Notes: generated by a model not told the origin, from the letters alone. A stretch of 63,746 nt of DNA, filler included, from Octopus bimaculoides (GCF_001194135.2; 6 parts of 6 records of this genome joined end to end with filler, not necessarily neighbours in it); one strand, 5' to 3'. Positions 48,586-61,954 are shown, numbered from the whole stretch's first letter. Numbers and translations are program-made.

Positions 48586-49723
48586 AAAGATGTTTCATCA
48601 TGCACTTATTGGAAAATTTTACACGTGGTCTGTATGATGACATGTATGACTCTGTGCTTGTAAATACAATATCGTCTTGGAGTAAAGTATGAAACCATAA
48701 ATTTATCATAAATAAACTACGTTATGGGATTATGGTATTTCAGCTATATCCTCTCTCACATCAGCTGTGGTTGTTTATATTTTGTTAAGAGTATTGCCAT
48801 ACAGACTGTCATGTTAGATGTAACCGCAATCAGTCACCAGGCGCACCACCGCTATTTTTTTGTTGTCAGTTCAGTCGTAAATAACTTCCAGGCGAATGAA
48901 AGTTTAAGATTACTTTCGTCGTTGTTGGAGAACATTTTATTGCGACAATCAAATATATAGGAGTGTATTGTAGTTCGCTTGAAGCATTGTGTATTGTTTG
49001 TAAAGAATAAAAAGTTTTGAATGGTACAACAATGCACTATAATAATAAAAAAATGGACTATATACATGTTGCAATTTAGTTATCCAGAGTCCGATGATAT
49101 TTCGGAATACAATTCCTTCTTCAGATATTCTTAGAATCGAGTCGCTGCTATAATCTGTTTTCCAGCGGATTTTCTTTTTCGGGAGCGTCTCAATGTTTTA
49201 AATGTTTCTTAAAGGCAACACAGTCTTTAAATAATGTAAGACGTATTTCAGATGTGGGTTAGGGAAAAAGGTGCAGGCTTATTATGTGACCTTTGTGAAT
49301 AACTGCCGACCTACCATATGCAATATCTGTAAGTTTGCTCTGAGACTGATATTTTGGTTTGCTTTCAATACATTTTTATTAATAGTAATTATTGAACCGA
49401 TCGGACTTACCCTCATTCAGCGCCCCAGAAGACGACACTACACCTATTGCCTGAGATATGGCGGTAAGAGACGCGGGGTAGTTTTTGATAAGTTATAAAA
49501 TAAAAATAGAAAGCACGAATTATACGCTGGCAAATACAATAATTCAATGTGAATCTTACGATGTGGTCGATAAGTGGAACTGATTTCTGGAAGATTTGGG
49601 AAGGAGTGGAATGAGAAAATGCTTCTAGGGGTCGTAGTAGCATTTGCAGTTTTGTGGTGATTATTTTTGACGGTGCTTTTGTCTACTATATAGTTCTTGT
49701 TCTTAAAGATGACGGTGATGATT

Positions 49724-49754
<31 letters not shown>

Positions 49755-49949
49755 GATTGGCTTCGCCTTGTAGTTGAAGGCGGTGCATGGTGTGTGTGGG
49801 TGTGTGTATATATACATGTGTGTGTGTGTGTGTGTGTGTGTTCGTGCGCGTGTGCATGTGTGTGTGTATGATTGTGTGCCGGTGAAAGCATCGATTAAGG
49901 TTATATTATTGTTGCTAGTCGTAATGTCGATTAATATTTGGCTGGGTGA

Positions 49950-50280
49950 TTGGCCGATCGATTTGTTGTTCCCTTGGAGTTGCTGGTGGCGGTGTGGGTC
50001 ATCGTGATCGTCGTGAGAGTGGTGGCGGTAAAGTTATTGTTGTTGCTTTTGTTGTTGTTGTTGTTGTCATTGTTGTTGGTGGGAGCGGGGGGATGGTGGG
50101 GGATCAGTGATGATAATGATACTGATGGTGGAGGTGGGGTCGATAATGGTGATGTTGCTAGTAATGATGCAAGTGGCCGACGACCAGGATTTGATTGCAG
50201 ATTTTATTATCATAATGGCTCCGGTGGTGTTTCCTTTGACGGTGTTTTCTATTTGCGGTCAACTTCTATAAATGGTTAGA
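49950..50280. repeat. Degenerate (GGT/GTT/GAT)n low-complexity tract
   Basis: Trinucleotide-periodic composition. Confidence 0.6.
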
Positions 50281-50519
50281 ATTGTAAGGATGTTAAATTA
50301 AACTATTTGAAATTTAGGGCAGGCACTAGAATCAGTGTAGTTTTCCGATTATCTGTGAAAGCGAAAATCAAGTTAGAAACATAGAATGCTGCGTAAAGTA
50401 AGGTAGATATATATAAGAATTTTATAATGAAATGATCTCACCGAAGAATCTGTTCCATTTCTTGTCAAAGACGACATATATTTATATTTCTATTTTAAAA
50501 TTGAGCCAACGCCAGCAAT

Positions 50520-50790
50520 AACAACGACGTTACATTCAGCATCCCCACCAACCTCCCCACCATCAGCTGCACCAACGCCATCAACTGGAACCTGAAAAGT
50601 AATAATAGTGTCACCATTATTTTCAGTGACACCGCGCCGCCATTACTGCTGGCAGCACCACTTACACCACAACAACCGCCACCGCCATCACCAACGCAGT
50701 AACCAGTACTAAGTCTACTACCGCCCCCATTACAACCACCATATCACCACCACTACCACCATCACCACTACCAGCATTGTATTCCCCGGA
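50520..50790. repeat. Degenerate (ACC)n low-complexity tract
   Basis: Trinucleotide-periodic composition. Confidence 0.6.
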
Positions 50791-51641
50791 GCAATAGTAT
50801 GTATTAACACTACTGCAGCCTATTTCGTTGAGCTACCCAAATAATAAGAGCAAGTTGATCTCGGCGGCATTTGAACTCAGAACTTAAATCCGGAAGAAAT
50901 GCCGCTAAGCAGTAACCATTCTGTCAACTCACATTCAAACTTTGGCAGAGAGCCTGAAGATATACGTGGAGGGGTAAGTTTAACGACACCGAAAGAATGG
51001 AAATAAATTCTACTTCGGTGGAATTTGAACTTGGAGCATAAAGCCAGAACAAATGATGCTAAAAATTCTGCCAGCTCGCTGCCTTCAAGTCACCCAAGAA
51101 TAATAGAAAACGCCTACTACCTTCTATTTACAAGCCGTCTGTCACATCTTATTTACGTGGTATTTACTTAGTTAAAAATTCCTTTCAATGAAAGTATTTC
51201 AATGTCTTCTGTAATGGTGCGAACATCTTAGGTTCTGTTCCTGCTAATTATTAAGCAGCTGGCGTTTAGATGTGAAAATATGGAATGTTTCTTCTATGCA
51301 CAAATTGCATCTTTTTTTTTTCTCCGTAAGGTTTAGCCACGTCTTTTATTTCCCAGGACTTATTTGTTCGACTAAAGAAGGTATTCCAGCATGGCCGCAG
51401 TCAAGCGACTGAAGCAAGTGACAGAATGAAGAATGAAAGAATATATGTATGTATATATATGTATATGTATATATATATAATAATAAGGTAGTCAGAGATC
51501 TGAATGGTTGTACATTTACAGATTTTTATTGATATGTCACATGTTTTTTATAAATCATATATTAGCGTTTTCATCTTCTCTAATAGATTCTTCAGATTTT
51601 GAAGAATCTATTAGAGTAGATGCAAGCACTGCATTTATATT

Positions 51642-52125
51642 AGAAGTTGAAAATGCACTGAGAATTGATAAAATATTTTTTTTTTATATATATTTAAAGC
51701 TTTAACCGCTTCTACAGTTTACACTGATTATCAAAAAGTTCAAATAGAAAGACGTAGCTTATGCCGCAGCTGTCTTGTTTCTGACTAGATTTTGTAGCTT
51801 GCCTTACTTTTATAAGGTGTTCATGGCTCAAATTAATATGTTTTGAATAGGATTTGATTGGTAGAGGATCGTTGTAGGGGAGCCTACAAAAATTTCTAAG
51901 ACCAGTCATGTAACAATCCTCTACCAATAAAATACTATTCAAAACATATACTAATTTGAGCCATGAATTCCCTTCAAACACTAGTCAAAAGCAAGACAGC
52001 TGCGACATAAGCCACGTCTTTCTATTTGAACTTTTTGAAAATCGGTGTAGACTATGAAAAGGGTTAAAGCTTTAAATATATTAATAAAAAATATTTTAAC
52101 AATTCTCAGAGCATTTTCAACTTCT
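51642..52125. repeat. Inverted repeat, ~145-bp imperfect arms with ~190-bp spacer
   Basis: 51642-51788 versus the reverse complement of 51981-52125. Confidence 0.8.
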
Positions 52126-52460
52126 GCCTTTTCTAAAATTTCTACCCGTGTGGAATAAAATACCTTTGCTGGGTTCGGCTGCTCTACATTGATAAGAAGC
52201 AAACACCCTGAAACTAGTCTGTCGATGCCAGACCAGCAAGGGGAAGCGGCTGACATCCCCTCTTCGAAGGTTATAATGGACACAAGTTCGTGTGTCACAT
52301 AGCTAGCTAGAGGCGATGGCTTCTTGGAGCTAATCAACGGCAGCATTCGTTCTATTTTTGGGACTGCCATGTTGGCTTGGCGATAACTATTAATATATAT
52401 ATATATATATTCATACACACACACACACACATTCACACGCACACACGCACACACACATAC

Positions 52461-52648
52461 GACCGTTGACTGAACACTATTCAATTTTTTTTCTCCGTGT
52501 TTTTCTCCTTGTCTCCGTATTCTTTCTGTTGAAGAGCGTAGCTCGAAACGTCAAAGACTTTCCGTATTCCCGAGCGTCATACTAATATATACTTTTGTTA
52601 TTTACACCACCTGTCCTCGTCTGTTGTTATTATTTGTATATTCTCCTA
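52461..52648 (+). mobile_element. Family D ~190-bp hammerhead-bearing element
   Basis: Near-identical inverted copy at 25432-25624; ends at TA/gap. Confidence 0.85.
52521..52557 (+). ncRNA. Minimal type-I hammerhead motif (U6 variant), predicted cleavage after 52552
   Basis: UCUUU-CUGUUGA-A-GAGC(GUA)GCUC-GAAA-CG-UC-AAAGA. Confidence 0.65.
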
Positions 52649-52794
52649 NNNNNNNNNNNNNNNNNNNNNNNNNNNNNNNNNNNNNNNNNNNNNNNNNNNN
52701 NNNNNNNNNNNNNNNNNNNNNNNNNNNNNNNNNNNNNNNATATATATATATATATATATATACCGGGAAGACTTCCACGCAGCAGCTTCCATTA

Positions 52795-52930
52795 ATACAA
52801 TTCATTCATAAGGCATTGATCGGCCAAGGGTTATACTAGAAGACAATCGTCGAAGTTCCACGCAGTGAGACTAGACACGAAACCGCGTTGCTGGGAAGCA
52901 AACCTCTTGCCACAAAGCCTCGCGTACACC
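52795..52930 (-). mobile_element. SINE family A, degraded 5' half
   Basis: ttatactagaagac...cacgcagtgagactagac...gctgggaagcaaac. Confidence 0.6.
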
Positions 52931-54151
52931 TACGCATGCGTAGTATCTGCGTGAATGTTGGATATTTGCTGAAATGGTAACAAAGTGATCAACAGAAAAT
53001 ATAATAATCACGAAATAAAATAAACCACTCTAATCCGCAGATGTATTGGGAAAAAGATGATCTCAGCGATCCTGATTTATACACCTCGCTGTGGATTAAG
53101 CTTAGAATAGCTTATTAGTATGGAGTCCAGGGATAGAGTTTTTGTTAACACACACACACACACAGACATACACATACACTAAAACACACACATACACAAA
53201 TATAATCTCACACACACACATGCACATGCGCATGCACTTGCATACGCGCATACACACCGGCAAACGCACATACACACACACGCATACATATATATATGTA
53301 TATTTAGAGAGAGAAAATGAGAAATACCTATGTATATATTTATATGTTTATATATACATATAAATGCATACACACACACACACATATGTATACATACATA
53401 CATACATACATTCAGATATGCATATCTACTTTATTGCTATTTCTTCGTTAATTGGTGCAATAATCATGCTATCATTAGGGATGACGTTGCCGATTTTAGT
53501 TGCTGGTGTGGGTGCGCGCGTGTATGTGTGTGTGTGTGTGAAGTTGTATTTGAGTATGTGTGCGTTTTAGTGTATGTGTACGTCTGTGTGTGTGTGTGTG
53601 CTAATAACAAAAACTCTATCACTTCGCGTGCATATTCTGTTTACGTTGTTGCATTGTTGTATTTAATCAAAACACAGTAACCCTTATTACTATGCTCAAT
53701 TTTTATCTGCCTATGATAGGAACAAAGATAACCAGAGTTCTTAAGACAATAACAGAAACAACCGCGAAGAAGAGTTCCACATAGATTTAGTTAATGAGGA
53801 GTAAAAATTAATTTTAGAAGGCATAATTTACCCTTCAGTCAAAAGATGCCTTAGTCTGCATTGGTTACCATACCCAACGTCCCTTGGCTCTGAAGCACCT
53901 TAGCCATCTAGAAGGTTTGCAACATCGATAATAATACAGAATTTCTTAGGAGAGGGGTTTCCTGGTTCCATGACCAACATGTGACCTAGCCTTCCTACAG
54001 GAGTTAAGGATCGAAACACTTGTTGTTTAGCTCTCTGTAGACCTTCTTACTACATAAGACCCAAAATAAACTCCGACATTTACCTACCAGAAATATAGTC
54101 ATCCCTTTTAGAAATTTTATTTGGACTTTCTTCAGAGAACAGAGCAAAATA

Positions 54152-54262
54152 TTCTTTTCTACACTAGACACAAGGCCCGAAATTTTGTGGGAGAGGCCCA
54201 GTCGATTAAATCGATCCCAGTAGCACACCCGGTGTGCTAACGTTTCTACCATCTCGCCGCAT
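54152..54262 (-). mobile_element. SINE family B with internal deletion
   Basis: Tail ctacactagacacaaggcccgaaatt joined to head cccggtgtgctaacgtttctacc. Confidence 0.75.
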
Positions 54263-54444
54263 TACAACAATAACCTTAGCAAAATATTAAAACACTGAAG
54301 TCATTTACACAACCCGAAACAATAACCAAATTCAAATGTAAGTGCTATGAACCCTTCAAAACAACCTCTTCCAAAACTTTGATGGTCTATGTTAGAAATG
54401 GTGAAAAGATTTGTGTTTTTAAATAGAACAAATTTTTGCCACAT

Positions 54445-54860
54445 GTATGGCTGTGGTAAGAAGCTTGCACCCGAAACACATGACTTTGAGGTCAGTCCCA
54501 CTGCGTGAAACATTCGGTAAGTGGGTTTTACTATAGTTCTGAGCCGGCCAAAGCGATGTTCATGGATTTGGAAGGCGGAAACTGATGTATATATATNNNN
54601 NNNNNNNNNNATATATATATATATATATACGGATGTGTGTATCCTTTAGTTTCTACTTGTCCTCCACCACCGCTTGGCAACCGGAGTTGTCGTATTTACG
54701 TCCCTATTGCTTAGTGGGTCGGCAAAAGTACCAATAGAATAAGTACCAGACTTAAAAGCAAGTACTCCGGTCGACTTGTTTGATTAAAACTTTCAAGGCG
54801 GTGCCCCAGCATGGCTACAATTCTGTGAATGAATCTAGTAAATGGCGACAGCAAAAGATA
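54445..54860 (+). mobile_element. SINE family A, degraded, internal TA tract contains a gap
   Basis: Head, body and tail motifs colinear with the reference copy. Confidence 0.75.
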
Positions 54861-55999
54861 AGATCCCTATGTGGTACTTGGACAATTTCTCACCCATTCT
54901 TCTCAAATTCTATAACTAATACGTATAAAAGCTCTCACTGTTGTTTACTGTGACTTCAACTGGAGACAAAAAGAATGGTTACTTGGCTAGACATAGAAGA
55001 CAGCTGAAACTTTGGCGCTAAACACACCTACATTACATTTAATGATAATCTCATCGTTACTCATAAACCTTCTAGAACATTCTCCTTAACCAAATCCGAT
55101 ATTAGTAGCTTTAGTAACCATATACTCGATTATATTATTCCTGCTACTTTCCTACTTACCTTTCCGGAACGGCACTATTTCTTTGATTTATTAGTTCAAA
55201 ACATTTCCGCCGAAAGAACAATGTAGATTCATCCAATTCGATATTAAGATCTATAATTTACCTATTTCCAAAACCTTTTTCCTTTCATTGTTTTAATTTT
55301 GAAAAACAGACGTCACATCGATGAAAGGGTTCGTGATCGATGTCATACTTAGCGCTAGGAAATAAATATTAATCTACCTAGATGACTCCCTTTGTATGAA
55401 AGAGAAACACTTAAATGGGTATTTCGTATGTGAAACAACTTGTGTTCGAAAATTCCACACATTTCAGGCGGAATTTACAGAGATGTTGACTAACAGGCAC
55501 TGACAAGTATAAAACCGAAGGAAACTGAGGAATTTCCGGAAAATCTTAAATACCTAAGATTATCTCCCATGGTCGAATCGAATTCAAGAATCAAAGATGA
55601 ATAAAATAACGAAACCCTTTATTACAATCTCTGAAAATCGAAATTGCAAATTTCACAATCGCTGATTATTAAAATCCTGAAGTAATTTAAACTAAAAGTA
55701 GCCTTAATCTTGGAAATCTAGAAAGGACTCGAAAAGGTTCTTAGCGATGCTATCTGTCGCGGCCATACGTCCAGCCCAATGTTTTTCTTTTTTTAATTGT
55801 TTGCATCCGAGATAGCAATGCCTTTCTGTATACATTATTTACTGCAAGCCGTGGGCTATTCCCAAAATAGACTGAGTAACAATAAAAAGAAAAACAAGAC
55901 TCATGTATGCTTATCGATCTCATAAAAAGTGAAATTGTAAGTAAAGTTCGATATTAATATATGTCAGAAACATAAGAGCTAGGTTTCAAACAAAATGTA

Positions 56000-57238
56000 T
56001 CAGGTCATCCGATAAGTTCTGTCCGAATTTTGAATAAAGAAACAAGTGATCAAATGTTATATTTAATTGAAATTTAATCATCAATGTACTTTCACTGATT
56101 ATCTATGACTTCCTTCCATCTATTTACAAGCTTTCTAATACCATCAAATCTCCTTTGGTTCCAAGCGAAGAACTCTGAAATATCAGTTTGGACCTCCTCC
56201 TGGCTTGCAAAAGTTATGTCCCCCAAATGATTCTGTAAACCACAAAACAGATGGCAGTATGAAGGAGTAAAGTCGGGAGAATAAGGTGGATGAGAGATTT
56301 TTCCCCAACCAAGCTCATCGATCTTCTGTGATGTGATCTTTGCAGTGTGGGGTCGCGCATTGTCCTGATGAAACATCACTCCTTTTCGATTCACTAAAGT
56401 GGGTCTTTTTTTCTACAAAGCTTGCTAATTGCTGACAGTAGACTTGTGCATTGATTGTTGCATTAGGTGGTAACAATTCAAAATGAATTACTTCTTTGCA
56501 ATCCCACCAGATAGAGAGAGGTACCATTTTCGATGAAGTTACATTCTCGGTTGTGGTTGAGCTTTTTCCATTTTACCAAGCCACTGTTTATGACGTTTAA
56601 CATTTCGATAGAAGATCCATTTTTCGTCACCAGTCACAAGTCCATCCAAGAAAAGGGAAATGAGTTCCCGAGAATGGAGTGAAGAGCAGATGTCAAGTTG
56701 GGATTTGCGGTTGCCTTTGGACAATTCATGAGGCCCTCATTTTCCAAGTTTAGGAACCTTTCGAAGTTGTTGAAGATGACGATGAACACGTGTATGGTTT
56801 GAACTAAGTTATATTGCCAATTCTTCATCTGATAACGTAGGATGCCTCAAGGAGATTATCATCAAACTCAACTGGACATCCTGCTCGTTCTTCATCTTCA
56901 AGTCTGGAATCTCCACTTCTGATTTTTGCAAACCATCTTCTGCAAGTTCTTTCATTCAAGCATTCTTTCCCATTAACTGAGTGTGTGTTTCAAGTCGCTT
57001 CGGCTGCAGAGTTTCCTTTTTTGTACTCATAAAACATTCTGTGCCTCAAATGCTCTTTGGATACTTTCATGTTAGAAAGGGATTTAGTCAAATAAATTTT
57101 AATTCTATCATTCTGTAAAGTAATGTACACAAATGCATAAAAATAATTTTTAATTCCGTTAGACATTCTAAAATAGTATTAAATTTCATTCAATTTTAAA
57201 AAAAGGTAAAATCGGACAGAACTTATGGGATGACTTGA
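56000..57238 (-). mobile_element. Mariner element, near full length, pseudogenised transposase (approx. 57070-56092)
   Basis: TA-flanked TIRs tcaggtcatccgataagttctgtccga / tcggacagaacttatgggatgacttga; motifs LVTGDEKWIFY, FHQDNARPH, HPPYSPD. Confidence 0.92.
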
Positions 57239-57559
57239 TACTTATGACCTTATAAAATAACAGGACATGCTATTGAAATCCTATGCTGAGAATGTTGATT
57301 AGAATTTAATGAGAAATAAAGAAAAAACATTATATGGAGAAAATATAACGTGACCTTGTGTTGATGGAGTAGAATCGTATAAGTCTTAGTAAACATGTGT
57401 CGCTTAACAGACTGATGTTCTACAAGAATTAAAAGTGTATAATAACAATTACCGTATTAAAGCTAAGTGAATGTTTACAAATCTGGCTACAAAAAATTAC
57501 AATAACAGACGACATTAAATATTTAAATATTTGTTGCGATAAAGTGTCTGCTGGTTGTA

Positions 57560-57835
57560 ATAAAAGCAGCCGAGAAATTCATTGAGGAGTTTGTAATGAT
57601 AGTTGATAATGACAGTTTAGCAGTAGAGCGAGTGTATAATGCTAATGAAGCGTCTTCTGACGTTATTGCCCCCAGAAGAACATCAATTGCAGCTGTTAAG
57701 AAATTGGTTTCAGGATTAAAGGATGCCAACAACAGAATAATTGTGCTAGAGTGTCGTAGTGTAACAGACAACAATTATCGTAAGCATTCTGTAATAGAGA
57801 AAGTCCTGCACCCCCGCCTTTTTAAAGGAGCAAAT
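57560..57835 (+). pseudogene. Tigger/pogo-like DDE transposase fragment
   Basis: AEKFIEEF...VYNANE...GLKDANNRIIVLEC...KVLHPRLFKG resembles YNxDETG...GxKxxKxRxTVxxC...KxxxPRxFK. Confidence 0.6.
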
Positions 57836-58004
57836 GCGTAAACATTTCACAAAAGAATAAAGATCGCAAATGATTTTTTTTTCAGTGGGATTAACAAACA
57901 ATTCGTGCTCTCACCTCATGACATATGTAGATGTAGGGAAATCCTAAGAACTTGTTACCCATTAACAATATTGCTCGTGATACCTTAGATACTCAGGTGT
58001 GTTT

Positions 58005-58238
58005 TTTATTTCTTTATTGCCCACAAGGGGTTAAACATAAAGGGGACAAACAAGGACAGACAAAGGGATTAAATCGATTAGATCAACTCCAGTGCGTAAC
58101 TGGTACTTAATTTATCGACCCCGAAAGGATGAAAGGCAAATTCGATCTCGGTGGAATTTGAACTCAGAACGTAACAGCAGACGAAATACCGCTAAGCATT
58201 CCGCCCGGTGTGCTAACGTTTCTGCCAGCACGCTGCCT
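58005..58238 (-). mobile_element. SINE B'
   Basis: Full head-to-tail match to the copies at 21721 and 43225; 21-bp duplication cttagaYactcaggtRtgttt at 57984-58004 and 58262-58282. Confidence 0.9.
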
Positions 58239-58299
58239 TGTATTTTAAAACTTACATACTTCTTAGACACTCAGGTATGTTTCGGTCTAAGATTGGCCC

Positions 58300-58720
58300 A
58301 GGCTATGTATAGCTTAGTAGCACTACCTTATAGGATCTGTTAAATCATTTTTAAGACAGGTTTCGTGGTACCAAAGTTCATTCAAGCAGTAGGATTCTTA
58401 TTGACTGAGATGTGTTCAGGTATAGGTGGCTTATCGAATATTTGTCCAAGTTTCGTTTGAAGGTAATGGCAAGTTTTCTTCTTGGATTTGTTTTGGAATA
58501 ATACTAAATAGTGCTGTGCCTGTTGAGCAAAGGATGTGTAGCAGTGAATTTATGTTATAAGTCTGAATTGTGTAGAAGCCGTATGGTACGTAACCCCAGC
58601 CTTAGAAGAATTCTAAATCTGATGCTAAGGTTGTTTGTGTAACGCCTGTGATATCTCCACACAGTGCAAATGATCTGGACTTCTCATGAATTCTATTAAC
58701 TGGAATCTTTTATTGTGAAA
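58300..58720 (-). mobile_element. CR1/L2-like LINE 3' remnant
   Basis: Frameshifted minus-strand pieces FSIIPKQIQEE / TFKRNLDKY / DKPPIP resemble the post-RT LFNxLP..FKxxLDK region. Confidence 0.4.
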
Positions 58721-59934
58721 CTTTGATTTCTAGCATAAAACAGCCTTAGAAACATGCTGGAATGATCAAAATAACATTTCAAAATAACATTTCAAAATAA
58801 CATTTTAAATAGAAATAAGCGAGATATTGGGTGAAAAATTAGCAAACCACATTTGAATATCAGAGAAATATACCTAGTAGATATAGCAAAAAGGTTCGAT
58901 GTGTATAAATATTGACAGATAATTACGAAATTTGTCATTTTTAAGTGATCTCATATGAGATCACTGGTAGGTAATGGGTTAAGCGAGTTTACTACAGGAT
59001 ACCTTATATGTAGTTTCCAATGGTTGAAAACAAGGAAACAGAAGATACCTTTGCGTATACCTTGTACAATTAATGGTCTGCGACTTTGTTCAGTGATGAG
59101 GATGGATAAAGTGATTAAGTCGAAGAATTCGAAATGAGAAAAATTGATATCTCCTTACATACGCGAGATGTTTACAATTAGATTCTGGCAGTAACTAGGG
59201 AGAGTGGATATCGAAGATTTTAGGCATCGGGAAAGGTGATTTTAACTAATGCTAAAACAGTTGAAATGTCTCTCGGTCAAGTTACTGATAATGAGGATGA
59301 CCACTATAAAATGATATTGCTAACAGAATGTGATATTTTTTTCCCTCAGACAACAGAATGAACATGTATGGTGAACTTAGCGAAGAACTAGAAATGATGG
59401 CAAATCAAACAGATGTTACAATGATAAAAAAGTATTTAAGTAAAAATCTTGGTAAATGAGAGATTTCACTTGAAGAATTATTTCAAAAATTCACATAATG
59501 CGTTGCTTTCATTTCTCCTATACACCCTCTTCCAGACTTCTCAACCATTTTTGATATTCACTATCATTAAGCACAAAATTTTATTTTTACGTAAAATCAG
59601 AATTTTAATTCTCATGAAAAATTCCATGTTTACTTGTAGCATGTTTACTAGCAGCGTGTACGTTTTGACAAACCAGTCGTGGTTATTGCGCTGTAAATGA
59701 AATGATGGTGTGCTTTCGATTTTCATTATATTATCCTGTAATTAAATTACATGGTTTTCATACAAATATCCATATGTAATCAAATCACAACACCAAAAGT
59801 GGAGACTGGGATCCTACAAAATATTCTTTCTCACCGATGCGTTAAGTCCTGATTCAACTTTCTCGCATTTAATATATCTATAATGCTTAGTGTTGCAGCT
59901 ACTATTGGACAAATCATTATTTAGAAGTTTAAAA

Positions 59935-60145
59935 CGCGGTCAGATGGCAGAAACGTTAAAGCGTTGGACAAAATGTCTAACGATATCTTTGCCGACTCAT
60001 TACGTTCTGATTTCAAAACAAAAAAAAATCACCCGTGGTCAACATTGTTCTTCACTCTTCCAGGGGCGAGGAGCGATAAAATAAAGTACGAGTAAAGTAA
60101 TGCGGTCAATTATCGACTACTTATCTTGGCATTGAGCCAAATTTT
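59935..60145 (+). mobile_element. SINE family B, heavily degraded
   Basis: tggcagaaacgtta...ttacgttctgatttcaaa...cgataaaataaagtacgag. Confidence 0.5.
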
Positions 60146-60264
60146 TTTTTAAATATTATTTCTAAATAATTGTAACATGAGCAAAAACCGTTAGAATATG
60201 TGTATGCAAAGAGAAATATTTTAGAAATTTATAGAAACACACTTTATTGTATAAATTTTATATA

Positions 60265-61116
60265 TATGGTCATTCCATAAGTTCTGTCCAATTTTACCCT
60301 TTTTTAAAATTGAATGAAATGTAATAGTATTTTAGAATGTCTAATGCAATTAAAACTTATTTTAATGCATTTGTGTACATTTAAACTAATTGAATATTAT
60401 TTTACAGAATAATAGAATTAAAATTTATTTGAATAAAACCTGTCTAACATGAAAGTATCCAAAGAGCATTTGAGGTACATAATACTTTATGAGTACAAAA
60501 AAAGGAAACTCTTCAGCCGAAGCGACTCGAAACATACACTCAGTTTATGGGAAAGAATGCTTTAATAAAAGAACTTTCTGAACATGGTTTACAAAAATCA
60601 AAAATGAAGATTTCAACCTTGAAGATGAAGATCGAACAGGACTTCCAGTTGAGTTTCAGGATAAGCTCCTTGAGGAATTACTTGAAGAAAATCCTGCATT
60701 ATCAGTTGAAGAATTGGCAATATAGCTTAGTTCAAATTATACAACAGTTCATCGTCACCTTCAACAACTTGGAAAGGTTCCTAAACTTGGAAAATGAGGG
60801 CTTCATGAATTTTCCGAACGCAACCACAAATTCCAACCTTGCTCCTTCAGAATATCATTTGTTTCGTGATTTACAGAATCATTTGGGGGACATAACTTTC
60901 GCAAACCTGGAGGAGGTCGAAACTGACATTTCAGCGTTCTTCGCTTTGAAACCAACGGAGTTTTATATTGCTGGGATTAAAAAGCTTGTAAATAGACGGA
61001 CAGAAGTCATAGATAATCAGGGAAAGTACATTGATGATTAGATTTCAATTAAATATAACGTTTGATCACTTGTTTTCTTTATAAAAAATTCGGACAGAAC
61101 TTATGGGATGATCTGA
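60265..61116 (+). mobile_element. Mariner element of the same family as 56000-57238, with a ~420-bp internal deletion
   Basis: Matching TIRs and TA flanks; ATG at 60449 (MKVSKEHLRY...), C-terminus ...EVIDNQGKYIDD* at 61041. Confidence 0.92.
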
Positions 61117-61897
61117 TAGAACTGTGTGCCTGCATGTATGTGTTGTGTGTGTGGGTGTGTGTGTGGGTGTGCGCGCGCGTATTCATGTTTTCGTGCGTGC
61201 GTGAAGCTTAGGCTTATGAATTACAGGTACAGTAGATTCAAAAGGTCTTTGTAGGGTTTCTTTTCTATAGTTTCTACCTACTTTCGGTCATGCTCGAATT
61301 TATTGTATCGAATTTTGGTATCTCTCGGTTGCGGAATGATCTTGTGCCACGCTTATTAGTTTCAATTTATGGTTTCTCTTAATGGATATGTGTTTTGATT
61401 TACGAATGATTTTTATAACGTATTCGTGTATGTTTATTATCCGCTTGTATTTGAGTCATGCCGTAAACTTTATGTGAAATGTCATAATATTCATAATTAT
61501 ATTAAATTGGCCACGCAAGTACGGCAATTTCTCATCGGTTCACTATGCACTTGACAGGAGAAGCAACGGTATCCTATGCCGCAGAACGTAAAACGTAGCT
61601 ACATAGAAAGCTAGGAAAACAATGAATAGAGATAAACAAACTTTAATGTTCCTAGAAAACAACTAAAAGAACCTCATACGTAAATATTATAAAAGGTCCT
61701 TGATTAAAAATTATAGAACTTTTACACCGGCATGTATTCAATAAAACGATTAGACATGCACAAACGCGAACTCCCATGCAAAAATAAAGCTCACAATTGC
61801 TTAATTTCCGACCAGAATATCTGAGGATCAGCCCTATTGTACGGCAACTTGGGCAAGAATAGTCTAATAGAACACAGAATCGATCAAAGCCTCGTGA

Positions 61898-61928
<31 letters not shown>

Positions 61929-61954
61929 GTAGTATATTGCCACTTAAGTGTGGC

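Noticed and set aside
49950-50790. Gly/Val- or Pro/Thr-rich ORFs as exons
   Set aside because: Explained by decayed GGT/ACC triplet repeats; no splice or homology support.
55315-55343. 8-bp hairpin ACATCGAT/ATCGATGT
   Set aside because: Short and single; expected by chance in 64 kb.
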